This document shows positions 1-12,649 of a stretch of DNA of 64,000 bases, piece by piece. The translations under genes and the position numbers were made by a program. The stretch lies in the NCBI RefSeq assembly GCF_902713615.1, contig NC_052161.1:115980636-116044635 (forward strand), given 5' to 3'. The notes below the pieces were generated by a model. It saw only the letters and a list, made by a program, of their open reading frames with translations. It ran no database searches and was not told where the DNA came from. Numbering within the stretch: the first letter of the stretch is position 1; the number at the start of each line of letters is the position of its first letter. Origin of the DNA: Scyliorhinus canicula. Lineage: Eukaryota.

Positions 1-382
1 GGCAACTTTAAAAATTGCATTATAAAAAATATTTTGATGTCAGGAACATAGACATTACCATTTCATTTGAAGATATTATGGGGCAAGTACTACAATAGGA
101 AGCACGATGCTCCCTTGCTGCATGTTTAAATCATGGTGATAGCAGCCTCTGCTCCTATTCAAATAATTTGATATCGACAGAGAGCGCACACCTTTATTGA
201 GCTTACCTTCCTGAATGTAGCATGAACAGGGTGCTCCGTTTGGCCTGAACAGTATAATACTTATTTTTTTTAGGATGGTGGGAGAAGGCTTTCTGCAGAG
301 GATTCAAAGTTTTAACTGGGCTCTCTGAACTGAACACTGATCATCTCACAGGCAATTTGAATGTCTGAGTTGCAGCGAATAC

Positions 383-483
383 CTGAAATCCTGTCTTCCA
401 ACTTAATGTAGGCAATATTTCCTTTGGCTGTTATCCGGAGTCTCCCAGTCCAGTCAGGTTGGTCCAACTTCCAATCTGCAGCT
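383..483 (-). CDS. NECAP2: NECAP (adaptin ear-binding coat-associated protein) coding exon 2
   Basis: Minus strand reads cttag|A GCT GCA GAT TGG ... ATT TCA G|gtattc, giving (R)[33 protein letters not shown](G), the NECAP PHear domain. 101 nt, in phase with exon 1. Paralogue assignment rests on linkage to SZRD1. Confidence 0.93.
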
Positions 484-954
484 CTAAGCAGGAAAACGGG
501 ACAGTCTTACAACAAAGTTACTTAGAAACAAAACCCCCTCTGCACATCAGTGCTAACGTGTACCCCGACATACATTGAATGGCAGATAGCATCAACTCCA
601 ATCACATTCAGTGGTAATGCATTCACATTAGTCAGCCCTTCACATTTCTGGCACACAAGTGCACTCGTAGGTTTATCTCTCGACAACTGAATTTTTTTGG
701 AACTTTAACATAAATGTAAATTGTTATTCTTAGGCATGTTGGAGTACGAGGCAATAAGCTGAGGCGAATGCCTGCACCACTAGTCAGGGTGAACTTAGGA
801 TGGAGTTCACAATAAAAGCACATCAATACTTTCTCCTACCACATAACGTGAGTTTTCAAAACAGTCAGACTGGCCCAGATATAACGGATATGTGTCGCAT
901 ACATTGTGATGAAACGTCCTTGCAATTACATTTCATCCCTCTAAGGAAGAGGCA

Positions 955-1812
955 TGTATGAGTCCTTCCTGCTTATTTTGTTTGCTCCCATTTCTTTTAA
1001 TTTATTATTTGGTCCGTGGACCCATAATCAGAAGTGCCTTTAAGCAGAAGATTCAAAGTTGAGAGCCTGCTTGCCAGAAAAGAAGAAGCCAGACTCTTTG
1101 GCACCGAGTGGATCTTAGGAACCAGCTTTGGAGGGAATCAGTTTGATTGGTTAACCGGTGGGTTGGCTAGGGACAGTGTTCTGCCTGACAACGGTTAGTG
1201 ATTGATTCCTGCGTGATGTTTTCTGAGAGAACTCAGCAGCAAGTGTTTAGACCCTGGAAGTGAAAGGAACTCTCTCTCTCTCCTGCTTGCTGAAGTAAAA
1301 GAACTACTCCATCGTTCTGAAAGCAGTGAGTGCCTGGCACATCCTTTGTTGTAAACCTGAAATAATATTGAGTCTGCAGAGAAAGTAGACCACCGTGCCA
1401 AATAAAACTTAGAAGGAAGAAGTACCAAAACAAAAGCCTGAACTTCAGAACGACATTGACTGGAAGTCATCCCAGTGCAGCAAAGATCCTTATCCTTTTA
1501 TTCTTATCAATATTTTATTTCCATTTCCACCACCCTTTACCCTCTGTTTGTCAGTATAGAGTGGGGCGAGTTAGGAATGGGGGTGGTTTCAAAAGGGGTA
1601 GTAGATAGTCAGTTATATTTTCGGTCCGTTTAATTATAATACTGTACATAATAAAGGTTGCTTGTGTTTTAAAGTTACAAACCCAGTGACTGTAGATATT
1701 GGGCTCAACAAAGGTCCTCGGGTATTTTAAAATAAAATCTAATTTCACCAGTTGTGACTGCGGGTCAAGTGATGCTGGAACTGACCACGCACTAGCCTAG
1801 GGTGTTGTGACA
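955..1812 (+). mobile_element. Possible old solo LTR
   Basis: Ends in TGTTGTGACA; ATTGG box and AATAAA in LTR-like order. No clean TSD, so boundaries are uncertain. Confidence 0.4.
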
Positions 1813-3710
1813 CTGTGTATAGAATTATTGACAGGCCTACATCTGAACACTTCAGCATTCCATTATGTCGTTCACGATCTTAAACAACACTATGGTTTCT
1901 GTTGGAGGTCAATTCACATTACAATGTTTCTCCCGCCCAAAACCTGTTTAAGAATAACTTCAAGTACTTGATGTGATCATCCAGAGCAAAACGCAGGAAA
2001 AGTTTGAACTTTCCAGTGTGAACATCCTCCATGATTGCATACTTATGATCTTGAGACACTGATTCATTGCTGCATCCTGTGCCACAGGCCCTGGCAGTCT
2101 CCAAATATCTCAGACAAGAGGTCATTATTCATATACAACTCTAAATAACATTGCCAGTTTATTCCAACAATGAAAGACATAACAGCCAAGTTTCACCCAG
2201 CCCTTCTCAAATGTCCACATGGGTGCATTTTCCAGGAACCTTCATTAGATACTAATCAGAAATCCTGGCTTCGTAGAGCTAGGGATGTCAAATTGCTGCC
2301 TTGACCCCGATCAGAGCACTAAGCAATGATTAGGATCAAACCTGGGACCTTGTGATTCATGTTTGGCTCAATTTCTTATGAAACGTGTATAACAAGAGTT
2401 TGAAAAATCCCATTGTTGCTTCTCCAAACAATGCAGTTCGGGTAATGTTCTTAGGACCCATGGATTTGTGTGCTTCGGTTACTGAAGACAAAGACAGAAA
2501 CATAAGAAGGGTTGGCAGTGTGCCAGGTTGATTAATTTTCAGGAGCTTGCACTGTTAAACAATTGCCTTCACTCTGCAGAAATATCTCAAGGTGGAAGAT
2601 CTTCAAGTGCTGGTTATGATTTTCTTTTGCCAGGTAATGAAGCTATGATCAGCAGTTCCTTTTCACCAAGTTGTATGGTGCACATGTAGCCTCATGTGGC
2701 TTTCCGATCTTTTTATCAAGATCTTATCATCTCTGGAACATGATTATATTCAGAAGAATCTTTTCTGTCAAAAGAAATGGCTAGCTTCGGTCAGCAGTCA
2801 TGCCACAATCAACACCTCTGTGTAGCTCGCTTGAGCAACATATAGGTGATGGAACAGAATGCCCAGGCAGAAGCATGGCATAATGAATGATAGCGGAGTA
2901 AAAGTTTATGTCGCCTGAACCGTGATGTCCAGGTGCTGTACCCGAACTGTGTCAGGAGGTTTTTGGAGAGATCCTACCCGATTTGCACTCGGTTGGGTGA
3001 AGTTTCTCATTGGCGTGGCGCGAGGTGTCAAAACCTCATTCAGGTGCCGGTGCTCTACTACTTCAGCTACCTCAAGGAAACTACTCCATCTATTCCACAG
3101 GGGTTTCCTGTACAGGCTGTTCATGCACATTCTCCACTTCCTTACCATCTTTCTCCATCCAGGGATGTAATTTTTCTGACCAACAGCAGCCCCAATGAAG
3201 GACTTTTATTACAGGAATCCAATCATGCTCCAAGGGGGAATCTGGGGTGGAGTGTGTTACATGGAACAGTGACGTGCAACCATTTTGTTTAGAACACCTT
3301 CATAGATTCCAGGTAGTACTTGATTTTTGGTAGCTCAGGAGTCCATGGCCCAATGTGCATATCCTATTTGACAGATCACAGACCCTGTATAGTTTACCTT
3401 TAGGGGTTGCTCTTTAACCTTTAGTTACACTTCAAACCCCGCCCCGCCCACAACCCTCAATCTATGGTTGCGCTTTGCAGAATGATTAAGTTTTTAAAAT
3501 AAGACCCAATCCAAAGAACTGTACTCAAAATCTGGACTGACATTCCAGTGCAGTAGAGAGGAAGTGCTGCACTGTTGGAGATACTGTCATTTGGATGACT
3601 ACACTTCAACCGTACTTCGCTGGCTGTGCTCCAGGATATCCTGAGGGAATGAACGGTGCTTTTTTTTTTTTCTTTTAATATTTGCAGCTATTAAAAACCA
3701 ATATCACTCC

Positions 3711-3920
3711 GGGCGGCATGGTGGTGCAGTGGTTAGCACTGTTGCCCCACGGCACTGAGGACCCGGGTTCGATCCCAGCCTCGGGTCACTGTCCGTGTGG
3801 CGTTTGCACATTCTCCCAGTGTCTGCCTGGGTCTCACCCCCACAACCCAGAGATGTGCAGGTAGGTGGATTGGCCACGCTAAATTGCCCCTTAATTGGGG
3901 ACTCTAAATTTATTTTTAGA
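3711..3920 (+). mobile_element. V-SINE, short form
   Basis: GGGCGGCATGGTGGTGCAGTGGTTAGCAC..GGTTCGATCCC..GTGGATTGGCCACGCTAAATTGCCCCTTAATTGG. Confidence 0.9.
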
Positions 3921-4312
3921 AACCAATACACAGACAGGCAATTCCTGCACCTTGTCACAAAAACCTCTACCCACAACTCGTGAGGATGCTGACTATGGTT
4001 CAATGCATTGCAATGTTGAGCTGCATAATTTTATATTAAAATCTCTCCTGAAGACAGTGATCCTTTCAAGATGGCCTCCAGGAGACTGTTTAGGCCTTCA
4101 CTCTTCATGCATGAACCTGAACCAGTTATTTGACTGTAATGAAAGAGAACCAAGCCTAATCATCATGTCTACAAAAAGGAAGAATGAGTGGATTATAAAC
4201 AGGAGCAGGATGTTTGGCTGATTTCTCCTTTCCCATCCAATTGTCACATACCTAACTTCCACATTGGCGGTGATCTATAACAGTGCCCCTCCCCTCCAAT
4301 ATATGCTTCAGG

Positions 4313-4483
4313 AAATGAAATGAAAATCGCTTATTGTCACGAGTAGGCTTCAATGAAGTTACTGTGAAAAGCCCCTAGTCGCCACATTCCGGCGCCTGTC
4401 CGGGGAGGCTGGTACGGGAATCGAACCGTGCTGCTGGCCTGCTTTAAAAGCCCGCGATTTAACCCAGTGAGCTAAACCAGCCC
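4313..4483 (-). mobile_element. Second tRNA-derived SINE family (about 175 bp)
   Basis: Minus strand GGGCTGGTTTAGCTCAC..GGTTCGATTCCCGTACCAGCC..GGGGCTTTTCACAGTAACTTCATTGAAGCCTAC..(TTTCA)n. Confidence 0.85.
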
Positions 4484-4489
4484 ACAGAC

Positions 4490-5670
4490 AACCTGCAGCA
4501 GGCACCACAAACCCATAGGAGAATGCAAAATTCTCCAAATCTGGCAGCAAGAAAGGCAGTCCAACAGCAGCGTCTTCTCCCAGGCCAACATATCCAAATT
4601 GCTAATCACTCAAAACAGCTCTGCTGGGCAGGACAAGGCATTTGTATGCCAGACAGCAGACTCCTGATGTTACTGTTACACTGGGAACTCAGTCACTTCA
4701 GGAGACTTCAAGGAAGACAACAGAAGTGCTTTAGGGATGTTCTCAAAGTATTGCTGAAATGTCATGGTTAGCCCATGGGTGTCCCTGGCCTGAGTGACCA
4801 AAAGCTTCATTCAGGAAGACACCAAACACAGAGGGCGAAATTCTCCCATCCGGAGACTAAGTGCCGACGCCGGAGTGAAAACCGGAGTGTTTCACTCCAG
4901 TGTCGGAGGCCGCTCCTCGCCCCCTATTCTCCCACCCCCAGGGGGCTAGGAGCGGCGCCGTGTCAATTACACGCGGCCAGCGCCGCTCAAATGACGTCAC
5001 CCACGCATGCGCAGGTTAGCCGGCGCCGGCGCGGGGCGGCGGAGGAAAAGAGTGCGTCCTTTAGAGACGCCGGCCCGCCGTTCGGTGGGCACCGATCACG
5101 GGCCAGACCCCTACTGAGCGCCCCCCTGGTGCTCGATCCTCCCTCCCCCCCACAGACCGCACACGCAGCGTTCGCGCGCTGTTCACGCCGGTAGCGACCA
5201 GGTGTGGTTGGCGCCGGCGTGAACCCGTCGGATTGGGCAGGCCACTCGGCCCATTCGGGCCGGAGAATCGCCGCTCGCCTGCTACAAATGGGGAGCGGTG
5301 ATTCTCCGAGCGGTGTGTCATGAAACGCGGCACGCCGTTTTTGAGGGGGGGGGGGGGGGGGGGGGAGGAGAAAGAGAGAGAGAGAGAGAATCGCGCGCGG
5401 GTGCCAGGGCGGCGTGGCGGGAATCGCCCCGCACTCCTCCCACCCGGCGTGGGGGTCGGAGAATTGCGCCCAGAGACTTTGTCGGAGAGACTAGAGGTGA
5501 ACACACAAACCTCCCAACAACCAATCTTTTTGACCAACCAGGCAGCATCTGCTCCGCATGCGGCAGTCAACAGATCACATGTTGGACTACCAGCCATTTC
5601 AGAACTCATGGAACTAGAGTGGAAGCAAATCATCCTCAATCCTGAGGGACTGCTTAAGAGGAAGAAGAGA
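4490..5670 (+). mobile_element. RTE-clade LINE 3' remnant split by a MITE
   Basis: RLLMLLLHWEL..RRLQGRQQKCFRDVLKVLLK resembles the RTE C-terminal motif. CxxC..H..H zinc finger and an AAG-rich tail follow 5475. Confidence 0.65.
4833..5471. mobile_element. GC-rich PIF/Harbinger-like MITE
   Basis: TIRs GGGCGAAATTCTCC / GGAGAATTGCGCCC; 3-bp TSD AGA (4830-4832, 5472-5474); internal GGAGAATCGC / ATTCTCC repeats. Confidence 0.8.
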
Positions 5671-5950
5671 ACCTGGAATTTCTGTGGTCTGTATGGCTCA
5701 CTTCTATCTTGGAGACTGAATCGAGCAATTGAACCAGTGGTGAAATCATCAAGAAATGTCAACGGTAAATGCTTAGTTACAGTGACCCTTCAGACATGTT
5801 CTAATTGAATTGCAGAACAAGCTTTGGGTCTGAATGGTTATTTCCTGTTTCAATATCACTGTCCTGCATCCTAGAACAGAATAAAGAATTGTTTCACACA
5901 GCTTCCAGTCTGTGTCACGTATAATTATTGATGTTAACTGTGCAAATTAT

Positions 5951-6155
5951 GGGGAGCCACGGTGGCGCACTGGTTAGCACTGCTGCCTCACAGCACCGAG
6001 GCCCTGGGTTCGATCCTGGCCCTGCGTCACCGTCTGTGTAGAGTTTGCACATTCTCCCCGTGTCTGTATGATCTCGCCCTCACAACCCAAAGATGTGCAG
6101 GGTAGGTGGATTGGCCTTGCTGAATTGCCCCTTAATTGGAATTTTTTTAAAAACA
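5951..6155 (+). mobile_element. V-SINE, short form
   Basis: Homologous to 3711-3920. Confidence 0.88.
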
Positions 6156-6739
6156 ACTATGCTCAATTATTTATAACTAATATTTTTTAATTGATTTTTT
6201 CATTAAGTTGTTATCTTGTTCTGTTCCGGAGTTTACAAATTGCTTGCACACTCTACTTCTTGTTAGATATTTCCTTCCTGCATTTGTTCCAATTCTTCCT
6301 CTAGATCACAGTTCTCTGCTCATGTGAAACAGTTGGCACGCACCTCCAGCATGGTTCAGACGGATTTCACCTTTCTTGGTAAAACCACGTCAGCAAATAA
6401 TCTCATAATTTATTTGCTATTCTAGACGGAGGCTAGATTCAGCAAATAAATTTGCAAAGTCGACATGCTTTAGGAAAACAAAGTGTCTAATAGCATAAAT
6501 TCTACACCACCCAGTAAATGGACACTGCAAGTATGATACCGAACCATACGGACTAGGGTTAGCATCCTGGATGTGCAATTAACCCCAACATCTCTAAATT
6601 TGACTGGAGAGGGAGAAATGAAACCAGCCAAGGTTCTCGCTCCTGATTGTTATCCAGAGATCTCTGCACACACAAGGACATTAGGCAAGCACAACAATTT
6701 ACATTTATGTAACTCCGTTAATACAGAACATAATTCCAA

Positions 6740-6972
6740 GAGCTGCAAGGTGGTGCAGTGGTTAGCACTGCTGCCTCAGAGTGCTGAGGACCCGTGTTCG
6801 ATCCCTGCACCGGGTCACTGTCCATGTCAGAGTGAAGACTGCACATTCTCCCCATGTGTGCATGGGTCGCAGCTCCACAACCCCAAAAATATATGCTGGG
6901 TGGGTGAATTGGTGATGCCAAATTGCCCCTCAATTGGAAAAAAAATATTTAGGCAACTAAATTTTTTAAAAA
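6740..6972 (+). mobile_element. V-SINE, short form
   Basis: Homologous to 3711-3920. Confidence 0.85.
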
Positions 6973-6989
6973 TAAATAATTCCAAAATG

Positions 6990-7480
6990 CATCACAAAGG
7001 TACAATTAGCCACAAATAGGTGCAGAGCCAAAGAATATATGCTGAAGAGTGGGCACAACGATTTTGCAGAGGCAAAGGTGATGACAGGGGAAATTTTACT
7101 AAAATACAAGCCGACATTTTTTCGAATGAAGGGGCTGGAAGCAAGATCGTTGTTGAATAAGCTGCCAAGTTGTGTGCAGTCTAGTTGAACAAAGACAGTA
7201 ATCAGGGAAAAGACTAGAATCAGTGGCAAGGATACCAAATTTACAACAGGAGCTTCAAAAATGGTTTTGACCTTTCCAACATTTAATCAAAGGATTGAAC
7301 AGGTCACTTAAACTGGACGTAGGACTGACGGTGCAAAAAGGCAATGAAGGGGTGAGAACACAGGTGGAACTAGGTGTTGTCAGTGTCCAAGGAGAAGCTG
7401 TTCCTACATCTTTAGATGATGTTGCAAAGGCAGCATATAATTAGAGGACATGGACAGGTTTTTAGGGAACCCAGAGATAA
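6990..7480 (-). mobile_element. Old L2-like LINE remnant
   Basis: Degenerate YADD-region remnant (GGTGTTGTCAGTGTCCA on the plus strand). Further L2-type 3' pieces at about 9130-9320, 9440-9560 and 13690-13860. Confidence 0.45.
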
Positions 7481-8769
7481 CAGCGCAGCTGCCAGATGCT
7501 AAGCCCGGGCTAGACAGGCTGTGACTACCCCAACTCACTTCTTTGAGAGGGACACTATCCAGCCCAGATGTTGGGGCCCATGGGACAGTCAAGTGATTTC
7601 TGGACCAGCTACAGGGAGTGGGGGGCAAACCCCTATCACATTATTGGAGTCAAGACATACTGTATCATAGAGACACCGCTGAATCGACAATGGAGCAATT
7701 ACAGGAAGAAAGGATTGATGCATCAGTTTGAATGATAAACAGAATTGAAACAAAGGAAAACATTAACAGTACATGTCCAGCAGCAGCAGCAGCGATGGCA
7801 CAGAGTCTGGCCATCTCTCATGCGCCCAGAAACATATGCTCTGTGGTTTCACAGAGGGATCAACAGCGTGATTTAACCAGCTGGTGTGGCAAACCGTCTG
7901 TGAATTCAGCTGACAACTGTCACTTCCGATTAGTACAAAACTAATGGGATTCTGCACATCATATAATATTTGCCTATGTATAAACCAATCGCTTTATACA
8001 TTTTTGAGACTATGTTTTTTGCCCATGGTATTTTTCTCACCCAGCAACATTCCCCAGCTGGGAGGATCAGTGGCTTGAGTGCAACTGAAGGCATAATGAT
8101 GCCAGCAATGGAGATGGGGAAGCAGAAGCATAGTGTGAGGGATTAATGCAAGAGAGGTTTGAAGTCTCATCACAATAACCTATTAGAATATCTAGTTTGT
8201 AGTTGCCCAGACTACTTCCCCAATGTATTACCAATTGACAGAAGTACAGGAATGAAGGCAGTAACTGACATTTAATTTCAGCATGGCAAGAATTCTGTTT
8301 CCCTATAAAAGTGACGTATAGTGCAATTTGCCTCTTCAGTTAATTTGCACCAAGCATTTCACACACATGCAATTAGATAGCGTGCAATTCAGTAAATATT
8401 TTCAGCCACACAAAGCTTACAAATAAAACTCGCAGAGTCTAGCTGGGATTTCCAAATCTGGCACTGACTTCCTAAAACGCAATCAATTCCAGACCCTGTG
8501 TTTTATTGGAACCCATGCTGTTAAATTACTCCATGACAGACCTATTGTGAAAAACATAGTATCTTGTGTGGAAGTTGGTAGCTTTATAAAGAGAATCCTC
8601 ATTTCATTGGAAACTTTATCTACTGAGGCTTGGAGGATCATATTCCTCAGTAGCAGGTCACGTGGCAAAACAAGTCAAACTGTATTTGCATCAAAATAAG
8701 AGTTTCTTTGCAGGTTTTCACAACCGTGACTATTTCAAGACACTCCTAGCTGCCCTTCCATTTTACACC

Positions 8770-9112
8770 CTCTACAAAATTATGAGAGGCATAGACAGGG
8801 CGGATAGTCAGAGGCATTTTCCAAGGGTGGAGGTGTCAATTACAAGGGGCACCGGTTCAAGGTGAGAGGGGGAAAGTTTAAGGGAGACGTGCAGAGAGTG
8901 GTAGGTGCCTGGAATGCACTGCAAGAGGAAATGGTGGAAGCAGGCACATTAGCAACATTTAAGAGGCATCTGAATGGGTACATGAATAGGGAGGAAAGAG
9001 GGAAATGGACCAAGTAAGTACAGATATTTTTTTAAAGTTAGGGCATCATGATCAGCACAGACTTGGAGAGCCGAAGGGCCTGTTCCTGCGCTGTACTTTT
9101 CTTTGTTCGCTT
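8770..9112 (+). mobile_element. CR1 LINE 3' fragment
   Basis: YKIMRGIDR..ITRG motif and CCGAAGGGCCTGTTCCTGCGCTGTAC tail. Confidence 0.88.
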
Positions 9113-10542
9113 TGTAAACTGAAGCTCACATAAAATTCTACAGCCCGTATCCTAACTCATACCAAGTCCTGTATACCCATCCCCCTGTGCTCACTGACCT
9201 AAAATGGGCCACAGTTGAGCAACATCTCGATTTTAAAAAATTCATCCTTTCTGTCAAACCCCTCCATGGCCTCGCCTCATCACTTCCAGTCCTACAACAC
9301 CTCCAATTCTGACTTCTGTTTTAAAATAAATGTAGAGTACCCAATTTATTTTTTTTCCAATTAAGGAGCAATTTAGCGTGGTCAACCCACCTACCCTGTA
9401 CATCTTTGGGTTGTGGGGGCGAAACCCACACAAACATGGAGTGCCCTAATATCGCATTCAGTGCCTGGTGCCAAATTTGGTTTGACAAGATTGCTGTGAA
9501 GCACCTCGCTCGGGGTGCTTGTGTTAAAAAGGTAGAAAATAAATGCAAGTTATAGTTGCTAATACATAGTCTGAATCCAAACCCCATTCTTACACTTGTA
9601 CTGAGCCGTTTCCTGTTGCACACCCTATGTTCTGAGTGATTATTGAACCCGCCGCCAGTGGGACTTTGCACAAAGTTCAAAATCCAGATTCTATAGTAGC
9701 AGCATCCTGTATGACAATGTGAAACATTTCCTCCAAGCACCACACTCAACAACAAGATCAAGGTCAGTTTCTGTGTACACCAACTGCTTTTTAAACAAGA
9801 AAAGGTACATTCTATTATCATTCTTTAGACCACAAGCACTCCTCCAATCCGGTAAATTCTGCACTGGCCTACTAACCTGGCAACAGCTATCTCCATCTAC
9901 TGTTCCTTTTATGCTGCTGTCTAAGCTTCCCCAAAACCAATCAGTCCCATCTCCCTTTGCAGCATTTTTTAACTCTTGTACCACACCTATTTCTAATGCC
10001 CTGATGAGATTTTTTTCCTTTTAAATAACACAAAATTACAGAAAGAGTCGGGCAGTCATTTATAGCACAGATGGAGTCCATGCCGGTCATTGATATTACT
10101 GGAAAATGTTGGGGTTAAACAACCAATGATTATTGCCAGTATATGGAGGTAGTTTCTTGCCAGAAACCTGACAGTCTAAGGGTATATCTGGTTGAATGTA
10201 CTTCAATTAATTTAATTGTTGAATGCTTACAATATAAACTGTTGAGATGTGATAGCCATTGAATCTACTAGCACAGGTAAAATAGGTCAGTATTTTTACA
10301 TGCAATTTGGAAAATGCAGGCTGTTTTAACAAGCAGGCAGACCATAAATGCAAGATGTCATCAATATATGTTCCATTCTGCCAGTTTCTCAATACTGTCT
10401 GCACATTGTTCGTTGCCCTATTTACAATAGCACCTCCGTTTTGGACTTCTGTGGCATAAAACTAACTATTCAATGTCACTGCTGCAGCAATAATTCAACA
10501 CAAGTAGTTCAGGTAGAAAAAACACTTTTAATAAGAGTTTCA

Positions 10543-10760
10543 GGGCAGCACGGTGGCACAGTGGCTAGCACTGTTGCCTCACTGCGCCAAGGACCCGGGT
10601 TCGAACCTGCCCCGGGTCACTGTCCACGTGGAGTTTGCACATTCTCCCTGTGTCTGCCACCCCCAAAACCGAAAGATGTGCAGGGTAGGTGGATTGCCAC
10701 ACTAAATTGCCACTTAATTGGGGGAAAAAAAGAATTGGACACGCATAAATATAAAAAAAA
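10543..10760 (+). mobile_element. V-SINE, short form
   Basis: Homologous to 3711-3920. Confidence 0.88.
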
Positions 10761-11099
10761 GACTAAACAAGAGTTTCAATGTGAACCTTGAATAAGGGGC
10801 ACATAATCCAGAGCATCTGTCCACATCATTCCAAACACAACAGATTGATTCCAATGACTCAGGCTGGATATCATTTTGGCTTATTCACAGGGTCCTTCCT
10901 TATTCTTTGGCTGGTCATGATTCTGAATTTGCCATTCTTAGTGATCAACAAATAGATCATTTCCAACTAATGGTCAGAATCTTAGTAATGTTACTTTAAC
11001 AATGACCAAAACAAGAAGAATATGAACCCCTTTAAGTCCCATATCTTATTCAGCAACGTTTTGTGGTACTGTGGATATTTTCGCAAAAGGGAGGCACTA

Positions 11100-11272
11100 A
11101 TAATAATAATCGCTTATTGTCACAAGTAGACTTCAATGGTTACTGTGAAAAGCCCTTGGTCGCCACATTCTGCCTTCTGTTCGGGGAGGCCCGTACGGAA
11201 ATTGAACCTGGCTGCTAGCGTTGTTGTGTACTACAAGCCAGCTGTTTAGCTCACTGTGCTAAACCCGCCCCC
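11100..11272 (-). mobile_element. Second tRNA-derived SINE family
   Basis: Homologous to 4313-4483, (ATT)n tail. Confidence 0.8.
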
Positions 11273-11819
11273 ATTGTAACAGCTGTCAGAGCTGAGGCAC
11301 AGCAGGGAAGAAAATGAAGCAAATCCTGCACCACACTATCTCGTGGGACATCCTGCCTCATGTACCCGAAGATCTGCGGATCGACAATCGGCCCTTTGAG
11401 CCACCCGAAGACCCACGGCAGAAACTGGCGACCCTGAAGTAGACATCATCGTCGAGTTGAACCCGACGACGACGTCTTCAGCTACGGAATTAACAACATT
11501 GTTCACTAACCATTCAATATGTGATTACGGCAGCAGCTATGTACAAAGTGATAATATTCTCCCAATTGTCAATGCTCCAGATTCCAGAGCATGTCAGTCC
11601 TTTCGCCCCCTCGGGATTGTACACATATCACACTCCCATGAGGATCCCTTGAGGTCCTCTACAACTCCCCCGCCCCGGTTTTCCATCTATCTTTTTCCTC
11701 ATTCTTCGATCCTGACGTTATTCTGCTGTCTCTCTCCTCCCTCAGTCAAACTCTTACTCGGGTCTTACTTCCTTCATCGGAAACGGGAACTTCCACTATC
11801 ACTTCGACCGGGGTTCATC

Positions 11820-12170
11820 ACCAATGCCAGATGTCAGTCCGCATCTCCCGCGCAGCCCCGCCGTACCTGTAGCCTCGGTTCGTTGCCCTCGGCGGGATCC
11901 TGTAAACGTGAATCTCCGGCTTCACACAGAGCACCGACTCATAGTCACTTTCCGCCATCTTACTGCCCGCCGCACCACCGACCACAGGAGGACCCAATGC
12001 AGACGCACCCAACAATCGCGGGGCATCACGGGATATTGGAGGAGGCGCCGCCCGCTGCATCACGGGCTCTTGGAGGACGCCCGGCCATCGTCGGCTCCCG
12101 CGGCATCACGGGATACTGGAGGTGGCACGGTCTCAGTTTCCCGCGGCTCCTGCGAGAGAAGGGGATGAGG
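11820..12170 (-). promoter_or_regulatory. NECAP CpG-rich promoter / first exon region
   Basis: CpG-dense. YY1-type AAGATGGCGG overlaps the start codon. Three copies of GCATCACGGGxTxxTGGA at 12023-12040, 12057-12074 and 12103-12120. Confidence 0.75.
11867..11958 (-). CDS. NECAP2: NECAP coding exon 1
   Basis: ATG at 11958; [30 protein letters not shown](R); donor AG|GTACGG; 92 nt; lies in CpG-rich sequence. Confidence 0.95.
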
Positions 12171-12649
12171 TTGTGGGCAGCCTGTGTGCAGACCAAAAGC
12201 CCCCAAGCGAACGTGTAAAGTGATGTTTTGTACGTTTCTCACATTAGGAAATTGATCTATCTCAGGTTATAAGAGATGTAGTAGAGCTACATCAACAGGA
12301 GCAAGATAACCTCACAATAAATAACAGATGCGGATTTTTTAAAAATTCGACCATCAACAATTTCAACACCCACAGAGCAATAGTACAGAACTTTCTTCAA
12401 GTTCAACTATAAGGTGGAGGATTTGAGTATAAGAAAATTAACGTCGCTTCCCCTGAAAAATTAAGGAAACACAGCATCTGTTTAAATGTTTTACTGGAGG
12501 TGGATATACACCTCAGACACACTATGTGATTTGTGCACAAGTACTGTCCAATTACACATTAAAGCCCACCAAATTAAAATTACCAAGCATGAAATCTGTA
12601 ACAGACGAACATTCATGTAATAACACCCAATGGCCACCTGAGAGCAGGC

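Noticed and set aside
3711-3790. tRNA genes at SINE heads (here and in all similar copies)
   Set aside because: A/B boxes run straight into SINE body sequence with no complete cloverleaf; these are SINEs.
4833-5808. CpG island and 115-233 aa ORFs suggesting a gene
   Set aside because: Explained by a GC-rich MITE with TIRs and TSD inserted in an RTE remnant.
11457-12218. 253-aa plus-strand ORF
   Set aside because: Antisense to NECAP exon 1 across a GC-rich promoter; no recognisable domain.
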